64,000 nucleotides of DNA from Acidobacteriota bacterium (lineage in GTDB: Bacteria; Acidobacteriota; UBA4820; DSQY01). The position numbers and the translations under genes are program-made. The stretch is taken from positions 29,264 to 93,263 of the forward strand of contig JBMFSH010000005.1 in NCBI GenBank assembly GCA_049967655.1, in the 5' to 3' direction. Below the pieces are notes generated by a model. The model was not told the DNA's origin and made no database searches. It saw nothing but the letters and a program-made list of their open reading frames with translations. The stretch's first letter is position 1. The number at the start of each line of letters is the position of its first letter. Of this stretch, positions 36,490 through 46,821 are shown piece by piece.

Positions 36490-37367
36490 GCCGCCCGCCC
36501 GCGGAGGCGGCTCCGAAGGAAGCGCACCAGGGGCGCGGCCACGTCGCCCGAGGTGCTCAGGACGAGGGTGTCCACGCTGGCGCGGCGGAGGCTCTGCAAA
36601 AGCACCTGCTTCTGGCGGAGGCGGGTCTCCCGGAAGCGGCGCCTGAGCGGCGCCGATCCCGTCCAGGCCCAGCCGTAGCGGCCCGTCTCCGGGTCCTCCC
36701 ACTCGGTCCACCCGCCGGAGGGGAGTTCGAGCTCGGCCGGGTCTTCGACGTAGACCGCGCTGAGGTCGTGCCGGCGGGCCAAAACCGGCAGGCCCCGCCC
36801 GAGCGGCGCCTGGAAGTCGGAGCAGAGGAAAACCGTGGCCCTCCGCGGCACGAGCCGGCTGATGGTGGCGAAGCAGGCCGGAAAGTCCGTGCCCCGGCCT
36901 CTGGGTTCGAAGTAGAGGATCTCCCGCACTAGGCGGAGTACGTGCTCGACGCCCTTCCGCGGAGGAATGAACAGCTCCGTCCGGTCTGAAAACAGGAGGA
37001 GCCCCACGCGGTCCTGGCTCCTGATGGCGGAAAAGGCCAGGAGGGCCGCGAGCTCGGCGAGGGACTCGCTCTTGAGGCGCGAGGCGGTCCCGAAGCGAAG
37101 GGAGCCGCTCACGTCCACCGCCAGCAGGAGAGTGCGTTCCCTCTCTTCGTGAAACTGTTTGATGTGCATGCTCCCCGTGCGCGCCGTCACGTTCCAGTCG
37201 ATGGAACGGTAATCGTCGTCGGGCTGGTAGGGGCGGACGTCGCTGAATTCCATCCCCTGGCCCTTGAAGGTGGAGTGGTACTCGCCCGCCAGAACCTCGT
37301 TGACCGCCTTGCGGGTCTTGATTTCGATCTGCCTGACTTTCTTGCGGATCTCTTGGATGTCCAGCAT
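36486..37367 (-). CDS. DUF58 protein
   Basis: GMEFSDVRPY, IDWNVTAR, DVSGS. Confidence 0.9.
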   Translation of the reverse strand: MLDIQEIRKKVRQIEIKTRKAVNEVLAGEYHSTFKGQGMEFSDVRPYQPDDDYRSIDWNVTARTGSMHIKQFHEERERTLLLAVDVSGSLRFGTASRLKSESLAELAALLAFSAIRSQDRVGLLLFSDRTELFIPPRKGVEHVLRLVREILYFEPRGRGTDFPACFATISRLVPRRATVFLCSDFQAPLGRGLPVLARRHDLSAVYVEDPAELELPSGGWTEWEDPETGRYGWAWTGSAPLRRRFRETRLRQKQVLLQSLRRASVDTLVLSTSGDVAAPLVRFLRSRLRGRAA

Positions 37368-37386
37368 GGGCGCTTGGAGAGGAGCC

Positions 37387-38373
37387 CTAAGGCACTTCCA
37401 CGCTCTCGAAAATCCGGGATAGGAGGTTTTCCGGTGTAATGGATTCGGCCTCGGCCTCGTAGGTGAGGATGAGGCGGTGCCTCAGCACGTCCATGCCCAC
37501 GGCCTTCACGTCCTCGGGCGTGACGTAGGCGCGGCCCCTCAAGAAGGCGTGGGCCTTGGCGGCCAGTGTCAGGAAGAGCGTCGCCCTGGGGGAGGCCCCG
37601 TAGCGGATGTAGCCCTCCGCCGACAGCTTGAAGCGGCTCGGGGTGCGCGTGGCCTGAACGAGGCGCACCACGTAGTCCTTGATCCTGCCGTCCACGTAAA
37701 GCCCGTCCACGACCACCCGGGCCCGCAGGATGTCCTCGGGAGCCACCACGGCGGTGACGACGGGGATACGCCCGGTGCTCATGCGGTCCACCATCTGCCG
37801 CTCTTCCTCCGCGCTCGGGTAGGTCAGGACCACCTTCATGAGGAAGCGGTCCACCTGGGCCTCGGGGAGGGGATAGGTGCCCTCCTGCTCAATGGGGTTT
37901 TCGGTGGCCATCACGAAGAAGGGATCGGGAAGGGGAAAGGTCTTGCTTCCCAGCGTCACCTGGCATTCCTGCATGGCCTCCAGAAGGGCCGACTGCACCT
38001 TCGCCGGCGCCCGGTTGATCTCGTCGGCCAGCAGAAACTGGGTGAAAATGGGCCCCTTTTTCGGATCGAAGGTGGCCTCCTTGGGGTTGTAGACGAGCGT
38101 TCCGATCAGGTCGGCGGGCAGGAGATCGGGCGTGAACTGGATCCGCTGGAAGGAGGCGCTCACGGCGCCCGCCATGGACTTGGCGGCCAGCGTCTTGGCC
38201 AGCCCCGGAACACCCTCCACAAGGACGTGACCGCGGGCCAGCAGACAGATGATGAGCCTCTCCAAGAGGGCATTCTGGCCTACGATGACCCTGCGCACCT
38301 CCTCGATGAGACGGGTCGTGGTGGCGGCTTCCGCGTCCACCCTCCGCTGGAGTTCTCGCAACTGTGCGTCCAT
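37387..38373 (-). CDS. moxR: MoxR AAA+ ATPase
   Basis: GVPGLAKT, RIQFTPDLLP, DEINRA, NPIEQEGTYPLPEAQ. Confidence 0.93.
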   Translation of the reverse strand: MDAQLRELQRRVDAEAATTTRLIEEVRRVIVGQNALLERLIICLLARGHVLVEGVPGLAKTLAAKSMAGAVSASFQRIQFTPDLLPADLIGTLVYNPKEATFDPKKGPIFTQFLLADEINRAPAKVQSALLEAMQECQVTLGSKTFPLPDPFFVMATENPIEQEGTYPLPEAQVDRFLMKVVLTYPSAEEERQMVDRMSTGRIPVVTAVVAPEDILRARVVVDGLYVDGRIKDYVVRLVQATRTPSRFKLSAEGYIRYGASPRATLFLTLAAKAHAFLRGRAYVTPEDVKAVGMDVLRHRLILTYEAEAESITPENLLSRIFESVEVP

Positions 38374-38498
38374 GCAGGCCTCCCGGGAGCGATTGTACCG
38401 GCGGCACGGGGACGGAATCAAGGAGCGTTGCCCCGGGAGGCGCCGCGGACGATTGGCGCCGCGAGGCCGGAGCGGGTAACATGGCGGCGGAGGAGGGG

Positions 38499-39266
38499 AT
38501 GGCCATTATGGAACCGGCGCCGAAGGAACAGGCTGAGACCGCGGGTTCCCCCAAGGAGTTGCGGTACCATCTCCCCGTCTTCGAGGGCCCCCTGGACCTC
38601 CTGCTCTACCTCATCCAGAAGAGCGAGATCGAGATCACCGACATCCCCATCGTGCAGATTACCGAGCAGTACAGCGCCTACCTGGAACAGATGCGGGACC
38701 TGGATCTCGACGTGGCGGCCGACTTCATCCTGATGGCGGCCACGCTGATCCACATCAAGAGCCGCATGATCCTTCCGCGCCCGCAGGAGGGGGAGGGGGG
38801 AGAGCCCCTCGACGACCCGCGGCAGCCGCTTGTGGAGCAACTGCTGGAGTACAAGCGGTTCAAGGAGATCGCCCGGCTGCTGGAGGAAAAGCTGGCGCTC
38901 TCATCGGCCCAGTTCTCCCGCGAGGCCGACGCTCTAGCGGCCGAACTGGACCCCGAGCGCAGCTCGCTGGACGTGGACCTCTACGATCTCCTGGAGGCGC
39001 TTCAGCGGGTCGTCAAGCGCGCGGCGGACCGGAAGGAACGGCTGGTCTACGCGCCCGAGGTGAGCCTGACCGCCAGGATCAACGCGGTCCTCGAACTGCT
39101 GGAGGGGCATGGCTCCCTGCTGTTCACGGAGCTGTTCGAAGAGGGATGCACCCGCCTGCACGTGGTGGTGACCTTTCTCGCCCTGCTGGAGCTCGTCAAG
39201 CAGCGGGTGGTTCGGATCTTCCAAGAGGTGCCCCTGGGGCCCTTCCGCGTCGTCCTCGTGACCTAG
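38499..39266 (+). CDS. scpA: Segregation/condensation protein A (start uncertain, 38481-38508)
   Basis: FEGPLDLLLYLI, MAATLIHIKSRM, TFLALLEL. Confidence 0.92.
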   Translation: MAIMEPAPKEQAETAGSPKELRYHLPVFEGPLDLLLYLIQKSEIEITDIPIVQITEQYSAYLEQMRDLDLDVAADFILMAATLIHIKSRMILPRPQEGEGGEPLDDPRQPLVEQLLEYKRFKEIARLLEEKLALSSAQFSREADALAAELDPERSSLDVDLYDLLEALQRVVKRAADRKERLVYAPEVSLTARINAVLELLEGHGSLLFTELFEEGCTRLHVVVTFLALLELVKQRVVRIFQEVPLGPFRVVLVT

Positions 39267-39357
39267 GACCAGTGGGGGGTGGAGGGTGGAGAGGCAGGCA
39301 AAAGGGCCGCCGGACGGCTCTGTCCACGCCGCCTTCCGCCTCCTCACCTTCTACTTT

Positions 39358-40473
39358 TCACTTCCCCCTCTCCTGCCCGCGACGCGCCGGCAGGCAGAGA
39401 CTGAGGCGGACCGCGCCTCCCTCCAGCTCCTCTCCGCGGATCTCGGCGCCCAGCTTTTGAGCGGCCATTTTGGCCGCGGGCAGTCCAAGGTGAAAGGAGG
39501 GGGATTGGAGGCCGGGCATCCGGCTGGGCTCGGGCACGAACCGCTCCAGGTAGCGGACCAGGGGTGGGGCATCCCGCCTTCGTTCGGGGACGGTCAGGCT
39601 CCAGGCGGCCGCCTCCCCTTCTGCCCCACAACCGACGGTGATGACGGCCGAAGGGGCGGCCATATCCAGCGCGTTGAGCGCGAGACTCTCCAACAAGTAC
39701 GCAGCGAGGGGCTCGCTGGACACGACGTGGTGAGGGGGTGGGTCGGTGAGGGCCGTGAAGCGATGGCGAGACACGAGGCCCGACTCCTCCCACCTTGCCA
39801 GGAGGCGGTCCCAGGCGTAGGCCAGCACGACCTCGCGGCCTCTTTCCTGCTCCTGCGCGCGGAGCAGGCGGCAGAGGTCCAAAAAGGCCTCCACCATGGC
39901 CGAAAGGGTGGCGATGTTCCTCTGCACGGTGCGGACGGGCTTCTCCATCTCGGCAGATAACGGGCCGTAGCGGCCCCTCAGCATTAGTTCGACGTACCCC
40001 TGGATGACCACGGGCGGGGTCACGAGTTCGTGGAAGAGCAGGGCCAACGGATCACTCTGGTCCGATGGCGGGTGCTCCGGCGCGTGGGGAGAGAAATCGC
40101 CCGCAGGGTTCTCCAACGAGTCGGCGGCCTCGACGGGGAGAACCAGCACAGCGTAGGCGGCCTCCCCGCCCAGCTCCTTGGGGAGGGGACGAATATCGAT
40201 GATCAGTGACTGGGAGGAGCCGCCGGAGCGAGGAACGGCGATGCGGTGCGTGGAGGGCCGGCCGCGCATCGCTGGTAGGCGGGACTGAACGGCCCTCGAT
40301 AGAGGTTCAAGGAGGCTCCGCCAGGGCGGCAAAGCCTCCGAGGAGAGGCCAGGCAGGGACGAAAACGAGCTGTTGTAGGAAAACACGCGCCCACCGCCAT
40401 CCGCAAGGCAGCAGGCTACCCCGATTTTGTCCAGCGCGACGAACAGAGCCAACCCACTCGGGGGTATACCCAT
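39358..40473 (-). CDS. Degenerate cytoplasmic histidine kinase-like protein (PAS-like + HisKA)
   Basis: HELVTP...IQGY H-box, NALD N-box, HLGL G2 remnant; no DxGxG. Confidence 0.65.
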   Translation of the reverse strand: MGIPPSGLALFVALDKIGVACCLADGGGRVFSYNSSFSSLPGLSSEALPPWRSLLEPLSRAVQSRLPAMRGRPSTHRIAVPRSGGSSQSLIIDIRPLPKELGGEAAYAVLVLPVEAADSLENPAGDFSPHAPEHPPSDQSDPLALLFHELVTPPVVIQGYVELMLRGRYGPLSAEMEKPVRTVQRNIATLSAMVEAFLDLCRLLRAQEQERGREVVLAYAWDRLLARWEESGLVSRHRFTALTDPPPHHVVSSEPLAAYLLESLALNALDMAAPSAVITVGCGAEGEAAAWSLTVPERRRDAPPLVRYLERFVPEPSRMPGLQSPSFHLGLPAAKMAAQKLGAEIRGEELEGGAVRLSLCLPARRGQERGK

Positions 40474-40600
40474 CTCCAACCTCCCTTCCGAAGAATACAC
40501 CTGGACGTGGGGACGTCCAAGAATCAATAGGTGTCTCCGTGGTTCCATCCTGCCGTGCCCCTCCACCTGCCGGAGCGAAGCGGACGTTCCGGGGTGCGGC

Positions 40601-40630
40601 TTGACCCCGCCGAGGCCGCAACGCTATCCT
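40601..40630 (+). promoter_or_regulatory. Candidate sigma70 promoter for the mla operon
   Basis: TTGACC-N18-TATCCT just upstream of GGAGGA RBS. Confidence 0.5.
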
Positions 40631-40648
40631 CACGGGGGAGGATAGTCA

Positions 40649-41413
40649 TTGGATTGGAGGAAGTGGCGAATCTGGCAGGGACTGGAGTACCTGGGCGGGA
40701 TCTCCGTCCTGGCCCGGGACACGGGGAAGGCTATTGTCTCCTCCCGCTGGGAGTGGGGCCTCCTCGCTTATCAGATGGACCTCTTGGGCGTCCAATCGTT
40801 CTCCATCGTGCTGATCACCTCCGTATTCATCGGCATGGTGCTCGCCCTGCAAACGGCCTACGCCTTGCGGTCCTTTGGGGCGAAGCTCTACGTCGGCGAG
40901 GCGGTGACCCTATCCATGACCCGCGAGCTCGCGCCGGTGCTCATTTCCCTCATGGTCGGGGGCCGGGTCGGCGCCGGGATCACGGCCGAGATCGGCTCCA
41001 TGAACGTCACCGAGCAGATCGACGCGCTCAGGGCATTGGGAGCCAACCCCGTCCGCAAGCTGGTGGTTCCCCGCCTGCTGGCCGTCGCGTTCACTCTGCC
41101 GCTCCTGGTGCTCATCGCCGATGCCCTGGGAGTCTTCGGGGGATACCTCATCTCCACGTATCAGCTTCAGATCGCGGGCCGCTTCTACATGTCTCACGTG
41201 TTTCGCCTGCTGCAGTTCTCGGACGTCTTTTCGGGACTCGGAAAGACGCTGTTTTTCGCTCTGTCCATCACCCTCATCGGCTGCTACAACGGGATGAAGG
41301 CGAGCGGCGGGGCGGACGGGGTGGGCCGGGCCACCACCTCCACGGTGGTCCTCAGCTCCATCGTCATCCTCATCTCCGATTTCTTCCTGACCAAGCTTTT
41401 CCTTGCCTTTTGA
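40649..41413 (+). CDS. mlaE: MlaE permease
   Basis: RELAPV, GRVGAGITAEIGSM, EQIDAL, GVGRATT. Confidence 0.92.
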   Translation: MDWRKWRIWQGLEYLGGISVLARDTGKAIVSSRWEWGLLAYQMDLLGVQSFSIVLITSVFIGMVLALQTAYALRSFGAKLYVGEAVTLSMTRELAPVLISLMVGGRVGAGITAEIGSMNVTEQIDALRALGANPVRKLVVPRLLAVAFTLPLLVLIADALGVFGGYLISTYQLQIAGRFYMSHVFRLLQFSDVFSGLGKTLFFALSITLIGCYNGMKASGGADGVGRATTSTVVLSSIVILISDFFLTKLFLAF

Positions 41414-41416
41414 TCC

Positions 41417-42169
41417 ATGGAAACCTTCATCGAGTACCGCGGCGTCGAGAAGAGCTTCAACACGAACCGGGTGCTCCGGGGCGTCGATCTGACGGTGGCG
41501 AAGGGGGAGACGCTCGTCATTCTGGGAGGCTCCGGTTCAGGAAAATCGGTCCTTTTGAAACTGACCATCGGGCTGTTGAGGGTCGACCGTGGCCACATTC
41601 TGGTCGCTGGTCAAGATGCAACGCATTTCACCGAGGAGCAGTGGATGCCGGTGCGCCACCGCATCTCCTATATGTTCCAGTGGGGCGCCCTTTTCGATTC
41701 CATGTCCGTCTACGACAACGTGGCCTTTCCGCTCAGAGAGCACAGGGTCTGCGACGAGCCGGAGGTGGAGAGGCGGGTGTCGGAGAAGCTCGCCTTGGTG
41801 GGGTTGAGCGCCGCCAAAGACCTCTACCCCTCAGACTTGTCCGGAGGGATGCGAAAACGGGCGGCGCTCGCCCGTTCCATCGTCATGGAACCGGACTGCG
41901 TCCTGTACGACGAACCCACATCGGGCCTCGACCCGATCACCGCCGACAGCATCAACCGGCTCATCCGCAGGACACAGAGGCTGCTGGGGGTGACCTCGGT
42001 GGTCGTGACGCACGACATCCAGAGCATGTTTCACGTGGCTGACCGTTTGGCCTTTCTGTACCAGGGGGCCATGGCCTTCATCGGTACGCCCGAAGAGGCC
42101 AGGGTCTCCGAGCACCCCGTGTTGAGAGGCTTTATCGAGGGGAGAAACCCCGATGAACACGAACCCTGA
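41417..42169 (+). CDS. mlaF: MlaF ABC ATPase
   Basis: GGSGSGKS, LSGGMRKR, YDEPTSGLDP, VTHD. Confidence 0.92.
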   Translation: METFIEYRGVEKSFNTNRVLRGVDLTVAKGETLVILGGSGSGKSVLLKLTIGLLRVDRGHILVAGQDATHFTEEQWMPVRHRISYMFQWGALFDSMSVYDNVAFPLREHRVCDEPEVERRVSEKLALVGLSAAKDLYPSDLSGGMRKRAALARSIVMEPDCVLYDEPTSGLDPITADSINRLIRRTQRLLGVTSVVVTHDIQSMFHVADRLAFLYQGAMAFIGTPEEARVSEHPVLRGFIEGRNPDEHEP

Positions 42170-43301
42170 GTGGCGTTCCGTAAGGATCGGGCTTCTGGTG
42201 GCCTTGGCCCTTGTCGTTGCGGCGCTGGCCATCGTCGGCATCAGCAGCCGGCAGAACCTCTTCGAGCGAAAGGCGGAGTACTACAGCTATTTTCCCGATG
42301 CCCTCGGCCTCAAGGAGGGCAGCGGGGTCTGGTACCAGGGCGTCCAGGTGGGTTTCATCTCGGGCATTTCCTTCAGCCGGGACCCCGACATCCAGCACGT
42401 CAGGGTGGACTACAAGATCGACGCCTCGCTGGTGCCGCGAATCCGCTCGGGGACGAGAGCCTCGATCCGCACACTGGGCATGCTGGGAGACAAGTACCTG
42501 GCGCTCGTCTCCCCGACCTTCACCTCCAATGAGCCGATCATCCTGCCCGGCCACGAGATCCCCATCGACAAGACGCTCAACCTGGAGATGCTCGGCAAGG
42601 GTGCCCAGGACCTGATCAGCAACACCATCGAGCTCTCCAAGAACATCAACCTTCTGGTTTCCGAGATCAACAGCGGCAAGGGAACGCTCTCCCGCCTGCT
42701 GAACGATCCCGAACTGGGAAAAGAGACGGTAGAGCACCTCAAGCACATCGGCGATAGCATGGATGCGATCGCCAGCAGCATCGCGGGCGGAAGAGGCCTG
42801 GCGGGCAAACTCCTAGTGGACCCCGTCTACGGCGAGAAGACGGCGCGGGACCTGAGCGACTCGCTGGCCCGCACCAATCAGATCCTTCAGGGCATTCAGG
42901 AGGGGAAGGGCGGTGCGGGAGCCTTTCTGGCCAACAAAGGGGATGGAGAGAGGATCGTCCGAAATCTCGCCCTCACCTCCGATGCCCTCGCCCAGGTGGC
43001 GGCGGGGCTTCAGAGGCCCGGCACCCTGGGAAACAAGCTCTTCATGGACGATGCCTACGGTGAACGGCTGGGAGGAAACCTGCTCTCCATCAGCGATTCC
43101 CTGGCTTCCATCCTCAAGAAGGTGGACGAGGGCAAGGGCACGTTGGGGGCCCTGGTGAACGACCGCTCGGTATACGATACTCTCTCGGCGGTTGCCGAGG
43201 GCATCCGAAAGAGCCCGATCGTGAGATGGTACCTGAAGCGGAAGGCGGAGACCGCGGCCGAAACCGCCAAGCGCGCGGAGGAAAGGGGAACGACTCGATG
43301 A
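42153..43301 (+). CDS. mlaD: MCE/MlaD protein with long helical domain
   Basis: N-terminal TM, GLKEGSGV, GMLGDKY; repeated GKGTLxxL-NDP helical units. Confidence 0.85.
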   Translation: MNTNPEWRSVRIGLLVALALVVAALAIVGISSRQNLFERKAEYYSYFPDALGLKEGSGVWYQGVQVGFISGISFSRDPDIQHVRVDYKIDASLVPRIRSGTRASIRTLGMLGDKYLALVSPTFTSNEPIILPGHEIPIDKTLNLEMLGKGAQDLISNTIELSKNINLLVSEINSGKGTLSRLLNDPELGKETVEHLKHIGDSMDAIASSIAGGRGLAGKLLVDPVYGEKTARDLSDSLARTNQILQGIQEGKGGAGAFLANKGDGERIVRNLALTSDALAQVAAGLQRPGTLGNKLFMDDAYGERLGGNLLSISDSLASILKKVDEGKGTLGALVNDRSVYDTLSAVAEGIRKSPIVRWYLKRKAETAAETAKRAEERGTTR

Positions 43302-44248
43302 GAGTTTTGGTCACGGGAGCGGCCGGCTTCATCGGCTCGCACCTCTGCGAACACCTGGTGTCTAACGGCCAGCAGGTCACCGGAGTGGACAACTTCGATC
43401 CCTACTACGACCGAACCACCAAGGAGCGGAACCTCAGGGCGCTGAAGGGTTTGGACGGATTCCATTTCCTGGAGCTGGACCTGCGGGAGCGGGCGGCCGT
43501 GACGTCCCTCGTAGCCCAGGGTTGGGACGTGGTGGTCCACCTTGCCGGCAGAGGAGGGGTCCGCCGGAGCATAATGGAACCCCAGGCCTACGCCGAAAAC
43601 AACTACATCGCCACGCTCAACGTCCTGGAGGCCATGCGCGAAGGGGGATGCGGACGGCTGGTCTTCGGCTCCACCTCCAGCGTCTACGGCTCGCGCAGCA
43701 CGGCGCCGTTCCGAGAGGACGATTCCACCGATCGCCCCCTTTCACCTTACGCGGCCACGAAAAAGGCCTGCGAGGTGCTCTGCCACGCCTACCACCACCT
43801 CCACGGTATGGAGATCTTCGCGCTCCGGTTCTTCACGGTGTACGGTCCACGGCAGAGACCGGACATGGCCATCTACCGGTTCGTGCAGGCCATCTCCCGC
43901 CACGAGCCCATCGAACGCTACGGCGACGGCTCCACCGAACGCGACTACACCTACGTGGAGGATATCGTAAAGGCCACGGCCCTGGCGGTCGAACGAGTGA
44001 AGGGCTATGAGATCATCAACGTGGGCGGATCGAGGACCACCAGCCTGGGAACGCTCATCGAGCTCATCGAGCGACTGCTGGGTGAGCGGGCCATGATCGT
44101 GGAGAAGCCCCTTCCCCCCGGGGACGTGCCGCTCACCTCGGCCGACACGACCAAGGCTGCCAGCCTCCTGGACTTCACGTCGCAGGTCCCCATCGAAGAG
44201 GGGCTGAAGAGATTCATCCAATGGTTTCGTGAGGAGCAGATTGCATGA
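43298..44248 (+). CDS. NAD-dependent epimerase (UDP-glucuronate 4-epimerase-like)
   Basis: TGAAGFIG, YAATK, RFFTVYGP, RPDMA. Confidence 0.9.
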   Translation: MRVLVTGAAGFIGSHLCEHLVSNGQQVTGVDNFDPYYDRTTKERNLRALKGLDGFHFLELDLRERAAVTSLVAQGWDVVVHLAGRGGVRRSIMEPQAYAENNYIATLNVLEAMREGGCGRLVFGSTSSVYGSRSTAPFREDDSTDRPLSPYAATKKACEVLCHAYHHLHGMEIFALRFFTVYGPRQRPDMAIYRFVQAISRHEPIERYGDGSTERDYTYVEDIVKATALAVERVKGYEIINVGGSRTTSLGTLIELIERLLGERAMIVEKPLPPGDVPLTSADTTKAASLLDFTSQVPIEEGLKRFIQWFREEQIA

Positions 44249-45543
44249 GAGTAACGGTAGTGGGAACCGGCTACGTGGGCCTCGTCACGGGCGCATGTCT
44301 CGCCCATTTCGGGCTGGACGTGACGTGCGCCGATGTGGACAAGGGCAAGATCGACAAGCTGAAGAAGGGAATCATCCCCATTTATGAGCCGGGCCTGGAG
44401 GAGGTGGTTCACCGGAACGTTCAAGCCGGGCGCCTGCGCTTCACGACGGACGTGGCCGCCGCCATGTCCCCCGCCGAGGTGGTCTTCCTCGCGGTGGGCA
44501 CGCCGCCCCTGCCCGACGGCAGCGCCGACATGCGGTACATTTTCGATGCCGTGACCATCTTTTCCGAGAACCACAAGGGCTACCAGGTGGTGGTGACCAA
44601 GAGCACGGTGCCCGTCGGAACCGGGGCGAGGATCGAGGCCATCCTGAGCGAGAAGCATCCGCGTGATAGCTTCGCCGTCGTCTCCAACCCCGAGTTTCTG
44701 CGCGAGGGCTCCGCCGTCCTGGATTTCATGAAGCCCGAGCGCATCGTGGTCGGGTGCGACGACCCCAAGGCCCAGGAGATCATGCGCAGGCTCTACAAGC
44801 TCCAGACGGACCAGAACGTGCAACTGCTGATGACGGGGCGCGTGAGCGCCGAGCTGATCAAGTACGCCAGCAACGCCTTCCTCGCCACTAAGATCTCGTT
44901 CATCAATGAAATATCCCGCCTTTGCGAGGAGGTGGGCGCTGACGTCATGGACGTGTCGAGGGGAATGGGCATGGACACGCGCATCGGTCCCCGTTTCCTG
45001 CACCCGGGCCCCGGCTACGGCGGTTCGTGTTTCCCCAAAGATACCCGTGCCCTCCTGGACGTGGCCAGGTCCCACAAGGTTGCGCTCAGGGTCGTGGAGG
45101 CGGCGTTGGCCGCCAACGAAGACCAGATCCAGCGTTCGTTGAACAAGATCCAGCGGGCCTTCGGCGAAGTCAAGGGAAAGACCGTTGCCCTCCTCGGGCT
45201 GGCCTTCAAGAGCGATACGGACGATATCCGGGAGTCGCCGGCCATGAAGATCGCGGCCGCCCTCCTGGACGCTGGGGCCAAAGTGCGCGCCCACGATCCG
45301 GCGGCCTCCGCCAACGCCATGCGCGAGCTCCCGCAGCTCAAGACCTTCGGGGACCCCTATGAAGCGGCGAAGGGAGCGGACGGCGTTGTTGTCGCCACCG
45401 AGTGGAACGAATTCAAGAAGCTGGACTGGCCCCGCATGAAGGAGTGCCTGAAGGCCCCGCTGGTGGTGGACCTTCGCAACCTCTACGACATTCGGGAGAT
45501 GGCCGAGGCGGGATTCTCCTGCTTCTCGGTCGGGCGCTCCTGA
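44245..45543 (+). CDS. ugd: UDP-glucose 6-dehydrogenase
   Basis: GTGYVGL, NPEFLREG, GYGGSCFPKD. Confidence 0.94.
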   Translation: MRVTVVGTGYVGLVTGACLAHFGLDVTCADVDKGKIDKLKKGIIPIYEPGLEEVVHRNVQAGRLRFTTDVAAAMSPAEVVFLAVGTPPLPDGSADMRYIFDAVTIFSENHKGYQVVVTKSTVPVGTGARIEAILSEKHPRDSFAVVSNPEFLREGSAVLDFMKPERIVVGCDDPKAQEIMRRLYKLQTDQNVQLLMTGRVSAELIKYASNAFLATKISFINEISRLCEEVGADVMDVSRGMGMDTRIGPRFLHPGPGYGGSCFPKDTRALLDVARSHKVALRVVEAALAANEDQIQRSLNKIQRAFGEVKGKTVALLGLAFKSDTDDIRESPAMKIAAALLDAGAKVRAHDPAASANAMRELPQLKTFGDPYEAAKGADGVVVATEWNEFKKLDWPRMKECLKAPLVVDLRNLYDIREMAEAGFSCFSVGRS

Positions 45544-45593
45544 GTCCGCCCTCGCCGCGCCCGAGGGCGAGCCGCACGGTGGAAGACCGGATC

Positions 45594-46244
45594 ATGCTTG
45601 AACGCGTGGACAAACCCTTTGGTGGGGGAGAGGCCTCTCTCCCCCTTCGCTTGATACACGGCGATTGGTGGAAGGAGGAGGACCTGCCCATCGCCTGGGA
45701 GCGCTACCTAGGAACGCGTCCCCTCGCGGTGGAGGTGGGCTTCGGCGGCGGAGAGTTTCTGCTCGCCATGGCCAAGCTCCACCCCGAAACGGGCTTCGTG
45801 GGCATCGAACAGTTCGCCGAAGGCTACCGCAGGCTCCTGAAGCACGTGGCCGCGGAAGGGCTCACGAACGTACTCGCCGCCATGGGGGACGCGTTCATCC
45901 TCCTCAACCTGGCCTTCGAGGAGCGTAGTCTCGATTCAGTGACGATCAACTTTCCGGATCCTTGGCCCAAGGCGAGACACGCCCGCCGCCGCCTGCTCTC
46001 CGCTGAGTTCTTCAGGATCGCGGCTCGCAAGCTTCGCGAGGGCGGCCAACTCCGAGCCGCCACCGACGATCCTGCCTTCGCGCAGCAGGCGCTGGAAGCC
46101 TTCGACGTTGTGACCGAGCTCGTGCGCTGCCACCCCGAACCCTGGCTGAGCCGGTCTCCCTACCCCGTCCAGACTCGGTACGAGAGGAAGTGGATCGCGG
46201 AGGGACGGGCCCTTCACTATTTCACCTACGAGCGTCGGCGCTAG
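45594..46244 (+). CDS. trmB: tRNA (guanine-N7)-methyltransferase
   Basis: EVGFGGG, FPDPWPK, ATD, TRYERK. Confidence 0.9.
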   Translation: MLERVDKPFGGGEASLPLRLIHGDWWKEEDLPIAWERYLGTRPLAVEVGFGGGEFLLAMAKLHPETGFVGIEQFAEGYRRLLKHVAAEGLTNVLAAMGDAFILLNLAFEERSLDSVTINFPDPWPKARHARRRLLSAEFFRIAARKLREGGQLRAATDDPAFAQQALEAFDVVTELVRCHPEPWLSRSPYPVQTRYERKWIAEGRALHYFTYERRR

Positions 46245-46265
46245 CGCCGGCACCGAGAGGCACCC

Positions 46266-46676
46266 ATGCCACACGTAAAACTCGCCGGGGAGCTGGCCCC
46301 GGCCCGCGTCTGGAAGCGGCCGCCCGCCTTTCACTTCTCGATCCCGGAGGAGGAGCTTCACATCAAGTTCACCGAATCGTTCCTGAATCACGAGGGGAAC
46401 GTGGTTCTTCTGAAGTACATCCTGGTGGAGGGACGATTGACCCAGCGGGTACAGGTGCTCATGGTGCGCACGGGCGCCGAATGGCTCGTGAAGCTGGACG
46501 GGACCTATCCCATCCTGCGAACGGCGGGGGTCAAGATCCTCCTCGCCACCATCGGAGCATGGCTGACCTCGCTGGGGCTGCAAACGGTGGCCACCAACCT
46601 GGGACCGTACGAGGCGAGGGGCGCCTTCTACGCGCTGCACATGTCCGCAGAACTGGAGGGGACCACGGAGGAATGA
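46266..46676 (+). CDS. Hypothetical protein
   Basis: GAGAGG RBS, coding-like codon usage, continues the operon. Confidence 0.7.
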   Translation: MPHVKLAGELAPARVWKRPPAFHFSIPEEELHIKFTESFLNHEGNVVLLKYILVEGRLTQRVQVLMVRTGAEWLVKLDGTYPILRTAGVKILLATIGAWLTSLGLQTVATNLGPYEARGAFYALHMSAELEGTTEE

Positions 46677-46821
46677 AGCGGAAGAGGCCGGACTGCCGCC
46701 CGCTTGCTCTCATCCCGCCGGATTGAAGTGGCATCCCACCGGCGGCAAGGGCGTGGAAGCGCCATCCCTGCTTCGCCGCGTCTGGCGCGATGACGCGGCA
46801 GGCAGGACCGCCGTGGGGCAG

